A DNA stretch of 64,000 bases from Hemiscyllium ocellatum (taxonomy: Eukaryota), in the NCBI RefSeq assembly GCF_020745735.1, contig NC_083409.1:11897052-11961051 (forward strand), read 5' to 3'. The first letter of the stretch is position 1, and each line of letters begins with the position of its first letter. Positions 50,421 to 63,350 of the stretch are shown here, piece by piece. The translations under genes were made by a program, and so were the position numbers. The notes beneath the pieces were generated by a model. It ran no database searches. It worked only from the letters and a program-made list of their open reading frames with translations, and was not told the DNA's origin.

Positions 50421-50508
50421 CTGCTCCTGCTGCAGCCTGAGCAGAAGCCCACGCTGCCTCCTACGGATGGATGGCATCTTGTCATCTTCTCCATTGTCTC
50501 GAAGGCAT
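50421..50508 (-). CDS. CEP350: CEP350-like exon (missed by the ORF track)
   Basis: (K)CLRDNGEDDKMPSIRRRQRGLLLRLQQEQ; AG/GT, phase 2-0. Confidence 0.92.
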
Positions 50509-50539
50509 CTGGTTAGAGGACATGGCAAAGTCACATGAA

Positions 50540-52480
50540 CATAGAACGTAGAGCATTACAGCACACTACAGGCACTTTGGCCATCAATGTTGCACTGACC
50601 TGTAGAACCAATTTGAAGCCCATCTATCCTACACTATTCCATTTTCATCCATATGTTTATCCAATGAGCATGTAAATGCCCTTAAAGTTGATGAGTCCAC
50701 TACTGTTGCAGGCAGTGTGTTCCACACCACTACCACTCTGACTAAAGAAATTACCTCTGACATCTGTTCATCCTCCTGCAATTTAAAGCTATGTCCCCTT
50801 GTGCTAGCCATCACCATTTGGGAAAGAAGTCTCTCTCTGTCCACCCTATCTAACCCTCTGATTATCTTATATGTCACAATTAAATCACCTCTCAATCTTC
50901 TTCTCTCTAATGAAAACAGCCGTAAGTCCCTCAGCCTTTCCTCATAAGACCTTCCCTCCATACCAGGTAACATCCTTGTAAATCTCCTCTGAACCCTTTC
51001 TAAAGCTTCCACATCCTTTCTATAATGCAGTGACTAGAACTGTACACAGTACTCCAAGTATGGCCACACCAGAGTTTTGTACAGCTGCAACATGTCCTTG
51101 TGGCTCTGAAACTCAATCCCTCTACCAATAAAAGCTAATACACCGTATGCCTTCGGAACAACCCTATCAAGCTGGGTGGCAACTTTCAAGGACCTATACA
51201 TGGACACCGAGACCTCTCTGCTCATCTACACTACCAAGAATCTTACCATTAGCCCAGTATTCCTTATTCCTGTTGCTCCTTCCAAACTGAATAACCTCAT
51301 ACTTTTCTGCATTAAACTCCATTTGCCACTTCTCAGCCCAGCTCTGCAGCTTATCTATATCCTTCTGTAACCTGCAACACCCTTCAGCACTATACACAAC
51401 TCCACTGACCTTCTTGTCATCTGCAAATTTACTCACCCATCATTCTATGCCCTCATCTGAGTCAAAAATGACAAACAGCAGTGCACCCAAAATAGATCCT
51501 TGCGTTACATCATTCGTTATCGAACTCCAGGATGAACATTTCTCATTAGCTACTACACTCTGTCTTCTTTCAGCGAGCCAATTTCTGATCCAAACAGTTA
51601 AATCACCCTCACTCCCATGCCTCTGTATTTTGTGCAATAACCTACAGTGGCAAAGTTATCAAATGCCTTCCTGAAATCCATATACACCACATCAACTGCT
51701 TTACCCTCATCCATCTGTTTGGTCACTTTCTCAAAAGAACTCAATAGGGTTTGTGAGACACGACCTACCCTTCACAAAAATGTGTTGACTATCCCTAATC
51801 AACATATTCCCTTCTTGATGATTATAAATCCTACCTCTTATAACCTTTTCCAACATCTTACCCAGAACCGAATGAGGCTCACTCGTCTATAATACCAGGG
51901 TTGTTTTTACTCCCCTTCTCAAACAAGGGGACAACATTTGTTATCCTCCAGTCTTCTAGCACTGTTCCTGTAGACAACGACGACATATAGATCAAAGGTC
52001 AAGGTTCTGCAATCTCCTCCCTGGCTTCTCAGAAAATCCTCGGATTAATCCCATCTGGCCCAGGGGACTTATCTATTTTCACACTTTCTCGAATTGCTAA
52101 CACCTCCTCGTCAACCTCAATCCCATCTAGTCTAATAGCCTGCATCGCAGTATTCTCCTTGACAACACTGTCTTTTTCCAGTGTAAAAATGAACAAAAAA
52201 TATTCTTTAAGTGCTTCCCCATCTCCACGGACTCCATGCCCAACATCCCACAACTATCCTTGATTGGCCCTAATCTTTCTCATCATTCTTTTCTTCCTGA
52301 TATACTTATAGAAAACTTGATGGTTTTCCTTGATCCTATCTGCCAGTGATTTCTCATGTCCCTTCTTAGCTCTCTCTTTTGGTCTTTCCTGGCTAATCCA
52401 TAACTCTCAAGCACTCTGACTGAGCTTTACATCTCATCCTAACATAAGTTTTCTTCATCCTCTTGACAAGAGATTCAACT
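50540..52480 (-). mobile_element. CR1 LINE 3' 1.9 kb
   Basis: ORFs 50629-51012, 51194-51436 (SKFADDKKV), 51440-51637 and 52029-52253 (KSPGPDGI). Confidence 0.88.
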
Positions 52481-53988
52481 TCTTTAGTAAGCCACAGTTC
52501 CCTACACATGGTATAATGATGCTCAAATTTACAGACAAACTTGGATAAATCTGCCCAAGTAGATCTCACAGTGTCACCACTGCTGAATTAGCAACTAAAC
52601 CAGAAAGAGAATGATCAGGGTTTAAGATTTTGTTTAGCAGCAAAGTCTTCTTAATATTTTATAACTGTAATGCCCCTCCATGCTTGTCATACTCAATTTG
52701 AAGAAATTTTATTTCAACAAGACAGTGTTTATGCTCACAAAATTAAAAAGGATATTTTGAAAGAAAATCTGGAAATAAAAGGTTGGTGTCAGTAAAAGTG
52801 TCCACAAAGATGTTGAGCAGCCGGAAAAACCCAAATAATTCACGGACGGACTTTGAAGGAAATCTTTTGCCCACAACTAATATGGCATACGTGACTACAG
52901 TATTACGGCAGCATGGATGCATGCATACCATACTGACCAAGCATTGACCATCTCTTGCAATCGTTTTGATATGAAGTGGTATTATCATCACTGCTTCCCT
53001 CACAATTATCACATTAGAGTTACCCTCGACCTGAAACTGAAGTGGATCAGCTATACAATACTGGGTCAACAAAACCAGGTCAGAAGCTGAAAATTCTTCA
53101 CTAAGTAACTTACTTTCTGTCTCCCCAGTACATGCCCAAGATGCATAACACCAAATAGGATGTAGCAACCTGCTACAGTGAGAGCTTTGTGCACTATATG
53201 ATGCACTGCAGAAACTCACTCAATTCCTTCAATAGCATCTTCAAAGCCTGTGACCTCTACCATCTAAAAGGACACAGACAGTAGATAACATGGTAACACC
53301 ATTACTTGTAAGCTCCTCTGCAAGCCACACACCGTCCTGACTTAGGAATACATCATTCCTTCACTGCTATAGGATCAAAATCCCAGGTACTCCTTTCCTG
53401 TCAGCATTGTGGTTGTACCTGTAGCAGGTGAACTGCAGATGTTTGAGGAAATGACTCACTATCACCTTACCAAGTGCAATGAAGGATGGACAACAATACT
53501 GGCCTTACCAGCAGCGAAGAAGTCTATTGAAATTATTTGTTTAAAATCCTGACCTGTGGGTGAGGACAACAGTCTTGCAACAATCTATTCCAGAGCCTTG
53601 AACTCCAAACCTAACAGCACTTGCGAGTTGATACGTTTATATTGACCAAGCAGACTGCAGTGGCTCAAGGCAGCTCAACACCATGACCATTTCGAGAATG
53701 AGGGAGAGTAAATAAATACCAGCATTACCGCAACATCCCAAGTTCAAAGAACAAACTTAAAAATTTGAAAAAAAAATCAAAATTGGCTTCATTCTACTCA
53801 ATCCAAACAGTGATAAGGGGAAAGATGACGTGAATACCTAGCTTCTGCACAACAGCCTCACTGCAATGAGAATAGACACTAGCTTTCCCCCTTCTCCGGA
53901 AAGGATTACTGGAAGGATCTGCACATTTTTACATTGCATTTTTGAAAGGCTATTCAGCTTACCATCACTGCATAGGTCAGCTACTCAC

Positions 53989-54176
53989 TTTTTCTGGTGT
54001 TCCAACCAGGCCAGCTCTGCTTTGGTCTTTTCCTTCATGGCTTGTTCTCTCAGTTTGAGGAGTGACACCTGGTGCTGTGCACGCATCTCCTCCTCCTCCA
54101 CGTATTGTCGCACCATCTCCATGGTGAATTTACAGAAACTGTCTTGACCTCCAGAGAAGGACATGCTGAAATCATG
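53989..54176 (-). CDS. CEP350: CEP350-like exon
   Basis: HDFSMSFSGGQDSFCKFTMEMVRQYVEEEEMRAQHQVSLLKLREQAMKEKTKAELAWLEHQK; phase 0-2. Confidence 0.95.
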
Positions 54177-54986
54177 CTGGACAGTGAAAGACAGGAGGAC
54201 AAACAGTACAGAGTGAGGTGATCTGCTTCCCCTGACCCAAGCAAAATTTGTCCTGTAATCCACAAAACCTCAGGACTGAGTGCAGACGACAACAACAACA
54301 ATTAAAAGTAGTTGGAGCATCATCAGATATGCCAATCATGCTGCATCACAAGTGATCCCATCAAACTATCCCAATATTTATCAGGATGAGTAAATGCTGA
54401 CTGTTTCATTTCATCATCTGTGAAACACATTAAGACTGGCAAAGTCCCTCATACTGATAATTTTCTGGTCAGGACTCCAGTTACTAATTTGCTGCCAGGT
54501 TCTGATAAATAACCAAAAACAGAATAGGAGTTGCACATACAGAGAATAAGGGTGTCATGGTTACATCAACATTAGCCAGGAGGTGGCTATTTAGCTTCTT
54601 GAGCCTATTCCACCATTCACCCAAATCATGGTAATCTTCAACATCATGACAAATCCCTGTCTTTGTCCCATAATCCTTCAGCATTTTGGTTAAAAATCTA
54701 CCAATCTCAGATTTAAAATTTGTAACTGATTTCAAATCAATCACTGTTTGTGGAAGGGAGTTTCAAACTTCATCCATTTCTGTGTGTAAAAGTGTTCCAC
54801 AATATCACACCTCAATGTTCTGACTCTAACATGTTATCTATTTAATCTCTCTTCTTAAATTAAGCCTCGGAGCCCAAGTATCACTTCAGTAAGTCTACAT
54901 TGCACTTCCACTAAGAGTGATACTCTTCTTAAGCCATGGTGCCCAGCCCTGACGGATTGGTCTGACTCGGTTTTGAATTGCTGAAG

Positions 54987-55173
54987 AGGAGAAAGTGAGG
55001 TCTGCAGATGCTGGAGATCAGAGCTGAAAATGTGTTGCTGGAAAAGCGCAGCAGGTCAGGCAGCATCCAAGGAACAGGAAATTCTGATGAAGGGCTTATG
55101 CCCGAAACGTCGAATTTCCTGTTCCTTGCACGCTGCCTGACCTGCTGCGCTTTTCCAGCAACACATTTACAGC
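54987..55173. mobile_element. Palindromic Penelope-like element with 15-bp TSD
   Basis: 62-bp arms 55022-55083 / 55113-55174 (59/62 complementary). TTTGAATTGCTGAAG at 54972-54986 and 55174-55188. Confidence 0.88.
55077..55120 (+). ncRNA. Minimal type I hammerhead-ribozyme core
   Basis: CUGAUGA (55084-55090), extra A, GGGC-UUAU-GCCC, GAAA, C, GUC (55109-55111), closed by the element's long stem. Confidence 0.7.
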
Positions 55174-56093
55174 TTTGAATTGCTGAAGCATGACTTCTAA
55201 TCCTTTGCTTTTGCAACTTCTTTGGATATAAATGTCAACATTCCACTGATCCTTGTTCACTGTTTTGAGCCTGTTTGTGACATTTTCATGAACTACATAC
55301 AGCTGGATCACCCCCATCAAGTTTCTTTGAACTCCACTGTCTCTCGATTTTCACAATCAAGAAATATCCTATCTTGATCCAACCTCTCACTTGCTGACAC
55401 AAACTCATCTGTAGATTTTTCATTTACTTCATCTATCAAGATTGTTTTCTTATTTTATGCTTTCATCTACCTACACTCGAGATCGCTGCTAATCTGGAGA
55501 GAGGCCCCAAGTTTTGAATGTGGCTTTCCTTTCATCATGAATAGCGAGTAGTTAGGGCACTGACATAGATCCATGCAAGATATCACTAACCATATCCTTC
55601 CAATTAGAATATCTCTTATTATCTGCACAAATGTCTCTTGTTCAAATCAAATTCCTCTGCAAGCGCCACTTGTCTTTTGCATCTTATTACCACCTTTAAT
55701 GGACAGTAGAAAGTTGTAAATTCAGGGACATTCTTAGCAGTCAAATTTAGCTTGTGTTTACCGGACGAGGTGAGCAAGGAATCCCAGTAAATATTAATCT
55801 TTGTCTTCACTGCATGGTAACTCGATCACAAAGATTAACAATGTAAAAGATTAATTCCTCTTCAATATTTATAAACTCTGGTCACATTGTTAGTGAGTGG
55901 TAATTATCATTTGTAAAAAACAGCCCCTGCCCAACACTTCCCTTACACTCATTGACCCATCTGCTCCTCATCCTCTACATCTGAGTCTCATAGCAAGATA
56001 CCTAGAACATGGAGAGGAGCAACTATGCCAAGCACTGAGATCCCACAAACTGGCACCATCACTCACCCTTGGCTAACCCATGGGAGAACTCAC

Positions 56094-56278
56094 TTTGACA
56101 GCTATTGAAGCCGATTGATCCTGCAGAATGTCCTCATCGGAATCATCCTGCTGCCTGTGTTTCTTCCCCATGTTAAAGCAGCAATGGCTCTTTGATGGCA
56201 GAAGGGGATAAAAGGATTGCTCTTCAATTTCATCCTCAGTCATTGACTCATCGAACTCAGTGGCAACAGAAGCAGAGT
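56094..56278 (-). CDS. CEP350: CEP350-like exon
   Basis: (D)SASVATEFDESMTEDEIEEQSFYPLLPSKSHCCFNMGKKHRQQDDSDED...K; acceptor ttgtctctccag; donor GTGAGT; phase 1-0. Confidence 0.92.
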
Positions 56279-56737
56279 CTGGAGAGACAATAAATGATTT
56301 ACATTGTTCTTTGTTATTTTCCATTGTTCACTGAAAGATTTAGAAGTTGAACGCGAAGTTAAAGGCTGAGCTAGAATCCTTGGACTGGTTTCCTGCCCAA
56401 GGAGCAGAGTTCGGTTACAATTATTGATTCAACACAACTGTTATGTTGAATCACACATTGTTTAAGGGGACATGTGGAAGTTTCCATCTGCACAACCACA
56501 GATCCAAGGGGAACACAAGGAAGTTGGATTGAATAGCTTGAGCACATGACTGAATAAAGGAATCTTGAAATAAATTAGTGCTCAACTTGTTACTATTTGA
56601 ACCACATATCCTTTGGGTATGGAAGGAGTGCTTACATGACAGTTGATTTGAATCATCTAATTGAAGAGACACAAATCCCCATTTAAGTCATGAGATCAGT
56701 GAAAGGACAAAACACCATTTCTGGTTAAAGAATTCGC

Positions 56738-56898
56738 CTTTCTCACCAGGTAATGAAGGCAGACTGTCACTGTGGATCGAGTTGTCAGCTGTTGTTTGAA
56801 CCACCTCTTCAATAGAGCTGTTTCCCTTTGTATGGTGGGAGGTTCTGCTTTTCTCCAAGAATGGTACGGATGGGCTGTCTTGTTTACTGCTGCCACTG
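56738..56898 (-). CDS. CEP350: CEP350-like exon with GC donor (or GT donor 9 nt earlier)
   Basis: (S)SGSSKQDSPSVPF...SSIEEVVQTTADNSIHSDSLPSLPGEK; phase 2-1. Confidence 0.88.
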
Positions 56899-58439
56899 CT
56901 GCCATAGAAATGTCACAGATCAACACACATGCACAGATTTAGAACGCAAAAACAGAGTCTCGGTATTTGAGATTTACATAGGCCTCCTTCTGTATCTCTC
57001 CACCTAAACCCATCAACATATTTTTTTTCGATCACTTGTATTCCAAGCTTCTTCTTGAATTCATCTGTTGTTTGCTTCAATTATTCCTGGTGGTGTAATT
57101 TTGACCTCAAACCTCTTTCTGGGTAAAGACCTTCCCCACCACCCTCCTCCCCAGCAAATTCCCTGTTGGATGTAATAGTGACTACAATTGTATCCACAGC
57201 TCCAGTGGATAGTGTCATTCACAAGCAGAAATATCTTTTCTATGTCAACCCTATCAAACCCCGACATAACTTTAATGGCCTCGACCATGATACTCTTTTT
57301 CAACAAGACAAGACTGTCCAATCTTGCTTGATGGATTCAAATTCAGTTTTGATATAATTCCAGTAAATATTTTTAATATATTCCCTACTGCCTCTACATC
57401 CATATTACAATGGATCAGAACTGTTTGCAGTGCTCCAAGGGTGATCTGTTCATGGTTCTACACATATCTAACACATCTCCATTCTGTAGCCCCAGAAATA
57501 AACCCATGCTCAACTTTTCTTTGTAACCTGATGAACCGGTATCATTTACTGCTAGTGACTCATTTTTATCACCAAATTCCTCACCATCAACATTCTGGGG
57601 GGTTACTATTGACTAGAAATTGAACTGGACTTGCCATCTGACTACTGTGGCTACAAGAGAAGGTCAGAGGCAATGAATCCTGCAAAAATAAACCACCTCC
57701 CGAATCCCTGAAGCCTGTCCACCATCTACAATCCTCAAGTCAGAAGTGCAATAGACTATTCGCCACTTGGCTTGGTTTGGGTGCAGCTCCAAGAACACTC
57801 AAGAAGCTTGACGTCAGCTGGAAAAAAGCAGACTGCATTCACTCCCTCCACCACTAATGCCCAGGGCAGCAGTGTGTACTATCGACAAGATACACTGCAG
57901 AAATTCATAACACTTCAATATGGATCGTACAAACCCATGACTAGTACCATCTCGAAGTCAAGGGAAGCAGATTCATGGGAACACCGCCACCTACAGGTTC
58001 CCTTCCGAGCTACTACCATCTTGAGTTGAAAATCTTTCAGTTGTCCTTAAGTGTCATTGGGCCAAAATTCTGGAACTCCCTCCCAACAGCATGACCAGTC
58101 GGCCTACATGGACTGCAGTGATTCAAAAAGGGAGCTCACAGCCACCTTCTCAAGGGCATTAGAATTAGCCAATAAATGTTCGCACAGCCAGTGACATCCA
58201 CATTCCATAAATTAATTCATTAATTAACGCTGCCTCCTTCCTTCCACAGCACCCCCATCCATATATCCCTGCGCTTCTCAAACACAAGGCCTTGAGTAGC
58301 ATGTGGTAACCCACAAGGAGGCCGAAGCCACATTTAGGAATCTCTTGAGGCCCTGAGCCATGCTCAGCAAGGGGTGGTCCTGAATGAACAATAATCCCCA
58401 GCGATTCACTCACCGCAGGCAACAGTGAAACCATCAGTT

Positions 58440-58670
58440 GCCAACTTTTTCACAAAGAGGTTGAGTCGTACATAGAATGAACAGCCACCAGAAGTGGTAG
58501 ATGCAAGTACAGTTACAATATTCAAAAGGCATTTGGAGAGGGACACGAATAGGAAAGGTTGAGGAATATGGGTCAAATGCAGGCTAATTGGACTAGTTTA
58601 ATCTGGGAAATTTGGTTGGCATGGACGAGTTGGACCGAAGGGTCCGTTTCCATGTCGTATGACTCTGATT
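58440..58670 (+). mobile_element. HER1 LINE 3' tail
   Basis: ccagaagtggtagatgcaagtac...gggtccgtttccatgtcgtatgactct. Confidence 0.75.
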
Positions 58671-58837
58671 CCATTCCTTTCAGCCACAGTGGCATTTTGC
58701 AATTTCCCCAACGTATGGTGTAATTGAACAAGTCAATGGAGGTTTTTGGCACCAGGACCACAGTACTCTGTTGGGAAGGTGTTGAGTAGGAGTTGCAATT
58801 TAGTGGACATTTAATAAACAAAATACAGAAGAAATAT

Positions 58838-59016
58838 ATAAGGAAATTACTGCAGATGATGGAATCTGTACTGAAAACAACAAATGCTGGAGCTCACAGC
58901 AGATGAGGCAGCATCCATGGAGACTGAGCAAGCTAACATTGAGTCGAGATGACTCTATCAGAGCTCTGATGAGGAGTCATCTCGACTCAAAATGTTAGCT
59001 TGCTCTCTCCATGGAT
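58838..59016. mobile_element. Palindromic Penelope-like element with two back-to-back degenerate hammerhead cores
   Basis: Inverted repeat 58913-59016 centred on GAGCTC (58961-58966). Confidence 0.75.
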
Positions 59017-59024
59017 TTTTAAAA

Positions 59025-59343
59025 ATAATATGTTTATGGGATGAGGGTGTCACTGACTAGGCAGCATTTATTGCCCATCCCTAACTGCCCAGAGGGCAGT
59101 TCAGAGTCAACCTCATTGCTGTGTGTCTGGAGTAGGCCAAACTAGGCAAGGATGGTAGTTTCCTACCTAAATGATTTTAGTGAACCAGATGGGTTTTTCC
59201 CAACAATCGACCAAGGATTCATAGTCATTTGATTCTTAATTCCAGATATTTATTGAATTCAATTCGAACCCGGTTCTCCGGGATGTTATCTGGATCTCTG
59301 GATTAACAGTCCAGCAATAATACCACTGGGCCATCACCTCCCC
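59025..59343 (-). mobile_element. tRNA-derived SINE, second family
   Basis: Reverse-complement match to 7585-7940. Confidence 0.75.
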
Positions 59344-59444
59344 ACTGTGATCTCCAATATTTATTGTTTTCAGTACTCAAGAAGTATGTTATGGATTAAT
59401 ATTGTACTATGTAAAAGCATCCACAGCGAACATAAATAGCCCAC

Positions 59445-59567
59445 CTCCGATCATGATGTTTGAGTCTGGATGACTCAGTCAGACTGTCTAATAAAGTGGA
59501 GTTACGCATTTTAGTGTCTGGCAGTTTCTCTGCAGATCCAGCTGGTGTTGGGCTGCACTCGTTCTTT
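59445..59567 (-). CDS. CEP350: CEP350-like exon
   Basis: KNECSPTPAGSAEK...LLDSLTESSRLKHHDR; acceptor tttcatcgtag; phase 2-2. Confidence 0.75.
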
Positions 59568-60808
59568 CTACGATGAAACAAAGAAAGAAACAACGATCAG
59601 CTACTTCTAGCTAAGTCTCTGGATTCAATTCCACCACAGCCAAAGCAGTTTTTTTTTAATTCAAACAATTTTTTCAGTGAAGGACATCTCAGCAAGCTCA
59701 CCATCTCCTGTCTCAGTTCAATGGAAAATGGGATCAATACTGCAACACCTACTGTCCCTTAAACAGACTATCAGCTAATCTGACTTTACAATCTTGTTCT
59801 TTGACAGGTTGCAACAGGTTTTGCACAAGGGAGCGTGCAGACAGGACAAACTTCAATTATATTCAACACAAGCAAAGGCAATTCAGTTTAAATGAGATGG
59901 GTTAATTGAGATCAGGCCTCAGGTGAGGATACAAAATAGTCAAGTTTGGAATTTCCAGAGACCATCAAGATTGTACATTCAATTACTGAAGTTTGTCTCA
60001 TGTTTCTTTCCTAATCAACACTTCTGGAGCAGGTAGGATTTATCCAGGCCTCTGGCTCAAAGTTGGAGACATGACCACAGCATCACAAGAGCACTTTGTT
60101 TTAGACTGAGTAACTCGTGGAATAATTTGCCCAATTATCTTACTAATCTGCAAGATACTGTTACCATCCCAAAGGTGGGAAAAAAGCAAGGTATATAATG
60201 GGAGGTAAGATGTTATAACAGTCTCTATCACAAGGGACAAAGTATCTTCCAGCAGTTTTTTGCTCATCCTTCGATAGTTTGAAATTCTCAAATTTTCTGG
60301 CCTACCACCACCTTTGCAGTTTTGTATATCTTTTCTTTCAATTTGATGTCACCCACAATTCCTTTAGCTATGCCCCGCTGTTGCCACCTTTTCATTGTGC
60401 ATTTCTTTTATAAATAAATGTACATTGTTGAGAATTATGAAATAACTGAATTGGTTCTTCTGCTTTAACATTCTAACCTCTCGTCCCATTCCCATTTAGC
60501 TCACTATTACTTTATACCCTTGTGACTGCCTTTAACTTTAGATACCAGTTCAAGAACCAAATTCCTTCGCCTAAAGCTAAATTCTATTATGCTGCATTGA
60601 ATCTTACCAAAAGAGTCTTTAATTTTGAACTCATTAATCAATCATATTACCAAGTCCCTGACTGGTTCAAGAACAAAATGTTTGAAGAATCTGTACAGAG
60701 CAGTCTACCTCAAATTGCTGCAGAAGGTAAGAGTGCACAATACTATTTTAACTAACAGAGTGCCTTCTGAATAACAGGATTCTGTTAGACCCCCAAAATT
60801 ACTCTGAC

Positions 60809-61148
60809 CATAGAATAGAATAGAATTCCTACAGTGTGGAAACAGGCCCTTCGGCCCAACAAATCCACATCAACCCTCTGAAGAGTATCCCAACCAAACC
60901 TATCCCTTAACACTATTACTCAACATTTACCCCTGACTAATGCACCAAACCTGCACATCCCTGAACACTATTGGCAATTTAGCACGGCCAATTCACCTCA
61001 CCTGCACATCTTTGGATTGTGGGAGAAAACCGGAGCACTCAGAGGAAACCCATGCAGACACAGGAGAATGTGCACGGACAGTCATCTGAGGCTGGAGTCA
61101 CCTGGGTGCCTGGCGCTGTGAGGCAGCAGTGTTAAACACTGAGCCACC
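60809..61148 (-). mobile_element. HE1-type SINE
   Basis: (TTCTA)n tail, central domain and tRNA-like head. Confidence 0.9.
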
Positions 61149-61311
61149 TCCTTTTTCCTAAAAGACTGAGTGCATTGACCCTGCCTCTCCTGATCACAGA
61201 TAATAGCAAAAACATCAAAAACTGTGCATCGCATCAAGCAACAAGCCTTAGGTTATGAAGCCAAGAAGCTTAATATTATTGATCAGGTTTGGGACAGTGT
61301 AAAAATCTTAC

Positions 61312-61472
61312 CTGTCAGGTTCAGTTCTGGTTCGAAGTTGGTTCATGAAGTCTGAATGTTGCTGCCTCTGTTGGTCCAGCAGCACTGTCACTGGCACAGG
61401 AGCTGTTCCATGAGGTGGGTTTGTGGCAGTCAGAGATCCTGCTGCAACCTGCGCACATGCCAACTCAGTCAT
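61312..61472 (-). CDS. CEP350: CEP350-like exon (most 5' exon found in the window; gene continues upstream)
   Basis: MTELACAQVAAG...VLLDQQRQQHSDFMNQLRTRTEPD(R); donor AG|GTAAG; phase 0-2. Confidence 0.85.
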
Positions 61473-61789
61473 CTAAACCAGCAAGAATTAGCACAGCACA
61501 GGTTAGAAGACAACTTGGATCACATCTTGCTTTTGAAATCAGAGGCCCCTACTCAACCCATCACATGTGTGCCGCCTCTTTGGAATAGCTATTTGGCTAG
61601 ACCCCTGCTCTCACAATATTGCAAGTAATTTATTTTTGCAAGTATTCAAATTAATTCTGGAACTAATCCTGAATCAGCTGCCACCTCCTTTCCAGATGAT
61701 CTCAGCTCTTCTGTGAAACAGCAAAAACCAATGAGAACATCATTAAAATTGAAGCATCCAGTGTTAAAAAATTCACATGCTCCGTCACT

Positions 61790-63350
61790 GGGATATGATG
61801 GGCTTTTCTCATAATGCTGAGCAAAATGTTATTTGAGGCAGAAAGGAGAACTCTAAGAGAAAGGTGAACCACCCGTGGGTAACAAAGGCAGTCAAGGACA
61901 GTACCCACAAGGAAAAGAACGACACAGCAGCGGAGGACGAAAAAGGAAAAAAAATTGATCATGAAATTAAATTGACAAGATACAAAAACGAATGGCAAAA
62001 GTTTCTACAGGTATGTAAAAAGTGAGTAGCTAAAGTGAGCATCGAACCCTTGGAGGTTCTGATTCGGGAATTGATAATGTGTACAGGGAAAACAGCAGAT
62101 AATTTAAACCAATATTTTACATTGGTCTTCATGGAGGAGAATACCGTTATCATCCCAAAGATAGCAAAAAGCAAGGTATTCGTGGGAGGAAAAATGCTAC
62201 AACAGTCTTTGTCACAAGGGACAAAGTAATGACAAACTAATAGGATTAAAGGCAGACAGGACCTAATGGCCTGTATCAAACATTTTTTAAGGCAACTGGC
62301 TGCAGAGATATTCAAGGCATCAATTGAATTATTCCCGAATCAGTGGATACAGGGAGCTTCCAGTGGATTGATGCGCCTGTTCAGGAAGGGAGGGAGACAG
62401 AAATCAGGAAAGTTAGTTTAATATCTGTTTTGGCAGAACAGCAGAGTTGATTATTAAAGGAAGAAATAGATTTGGAAAAGCTTATCATTAAACATGGTAG
62501 ACTGGATTTTGTGAAAGGGAACTATATTTGACAAATTTGCTAGAGTTCATTAAGGAGATAAGAAGTAGGGCTGATAAAGGAGAATCTGATGATGTTCTGT
62601 ATTTGGATTTTAAAAATGCATTTGATAAGGTGCTACATAAAAGTTAATTGCACAAGATAGGAGCTCACGGCATCGGGGGTCATGTATTAGCATGGACTGA
62701 GGATTGGTTAACCACAATGGCTGTTGCTGAGACCTCACTTGGAGTACTGTATACAATGTTTGCTCTCATATTTAAGAAAGGATAAACTAGCATTGGAGGC
62801 CACTCAAAAAAAGATTCATTTAGTTGCTTCGAGGATGAAAAGGTTGGTCTGTCAAGAATAGGTTAGGTCATTATTCAATACAGTCTGGACAAATAACGGG
62901 TGATCTTATGGAAACAATGTTCTGAGGAGCTTGACAGGGGTTGATGTTGACTAGATGTTCGAGTACCAGTGAAGTCTCAACCCAGGGGACATTACAGAAG
63001 GGAACATTCATTTTTTAAAAAATAAAGATTTTTTTTCTCTCTCAGTGAATGGCTGGAATTCTCTCGCCCAAAAAATTGTGACAGCTAAATGGGGTAGGGG
63101 AATGGGTCTGGTGGGTTACTCTTCGGAGGGTGGGTGTGGACTTGCTCAGCCGAAGAGCCTGTTTCCACACAGTAGGGATTCTATGATTCTATATCAAATT
63201 ATTTTAAAAGAGGGTAGATAGAGTTTTGAAATATTAAGCAGTTGAGGGCTATGAGGATCAAGCATAAAAGACAAGTTGAGGCCTGGTTTGGCCCAGCCAT
63301 GATCTGATAGAATGGGGGAGCAAGCTCAAGGGAACGAATACCCTACTCCT
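61790..63350 (+). mobile_element. Heavily decayed CR1 LINE with a nested HE1/HER1 tail (63088-63193)
   Basis: ORF2 relics (ELIMCTGKTADNLNQYFTLVF; ggattttaaaaatgcatttgataagg = DF.KAFDK). Confidence 0.75.

Noticed and set aside
52743-53219. 158-aa minus-strand ORF
   Set aside because: Partly antisense to a LINE relic (53000 onward); no recognisable protein or splice pattern.
56279-56332. Alternative CEP350 acceptor at 56331 or the ORF-track start MENNKEQ
   Set aside because: The 56331 acceptor opens on an in-frame TGA. Homology and phase support the acceptor at 56279-56280.
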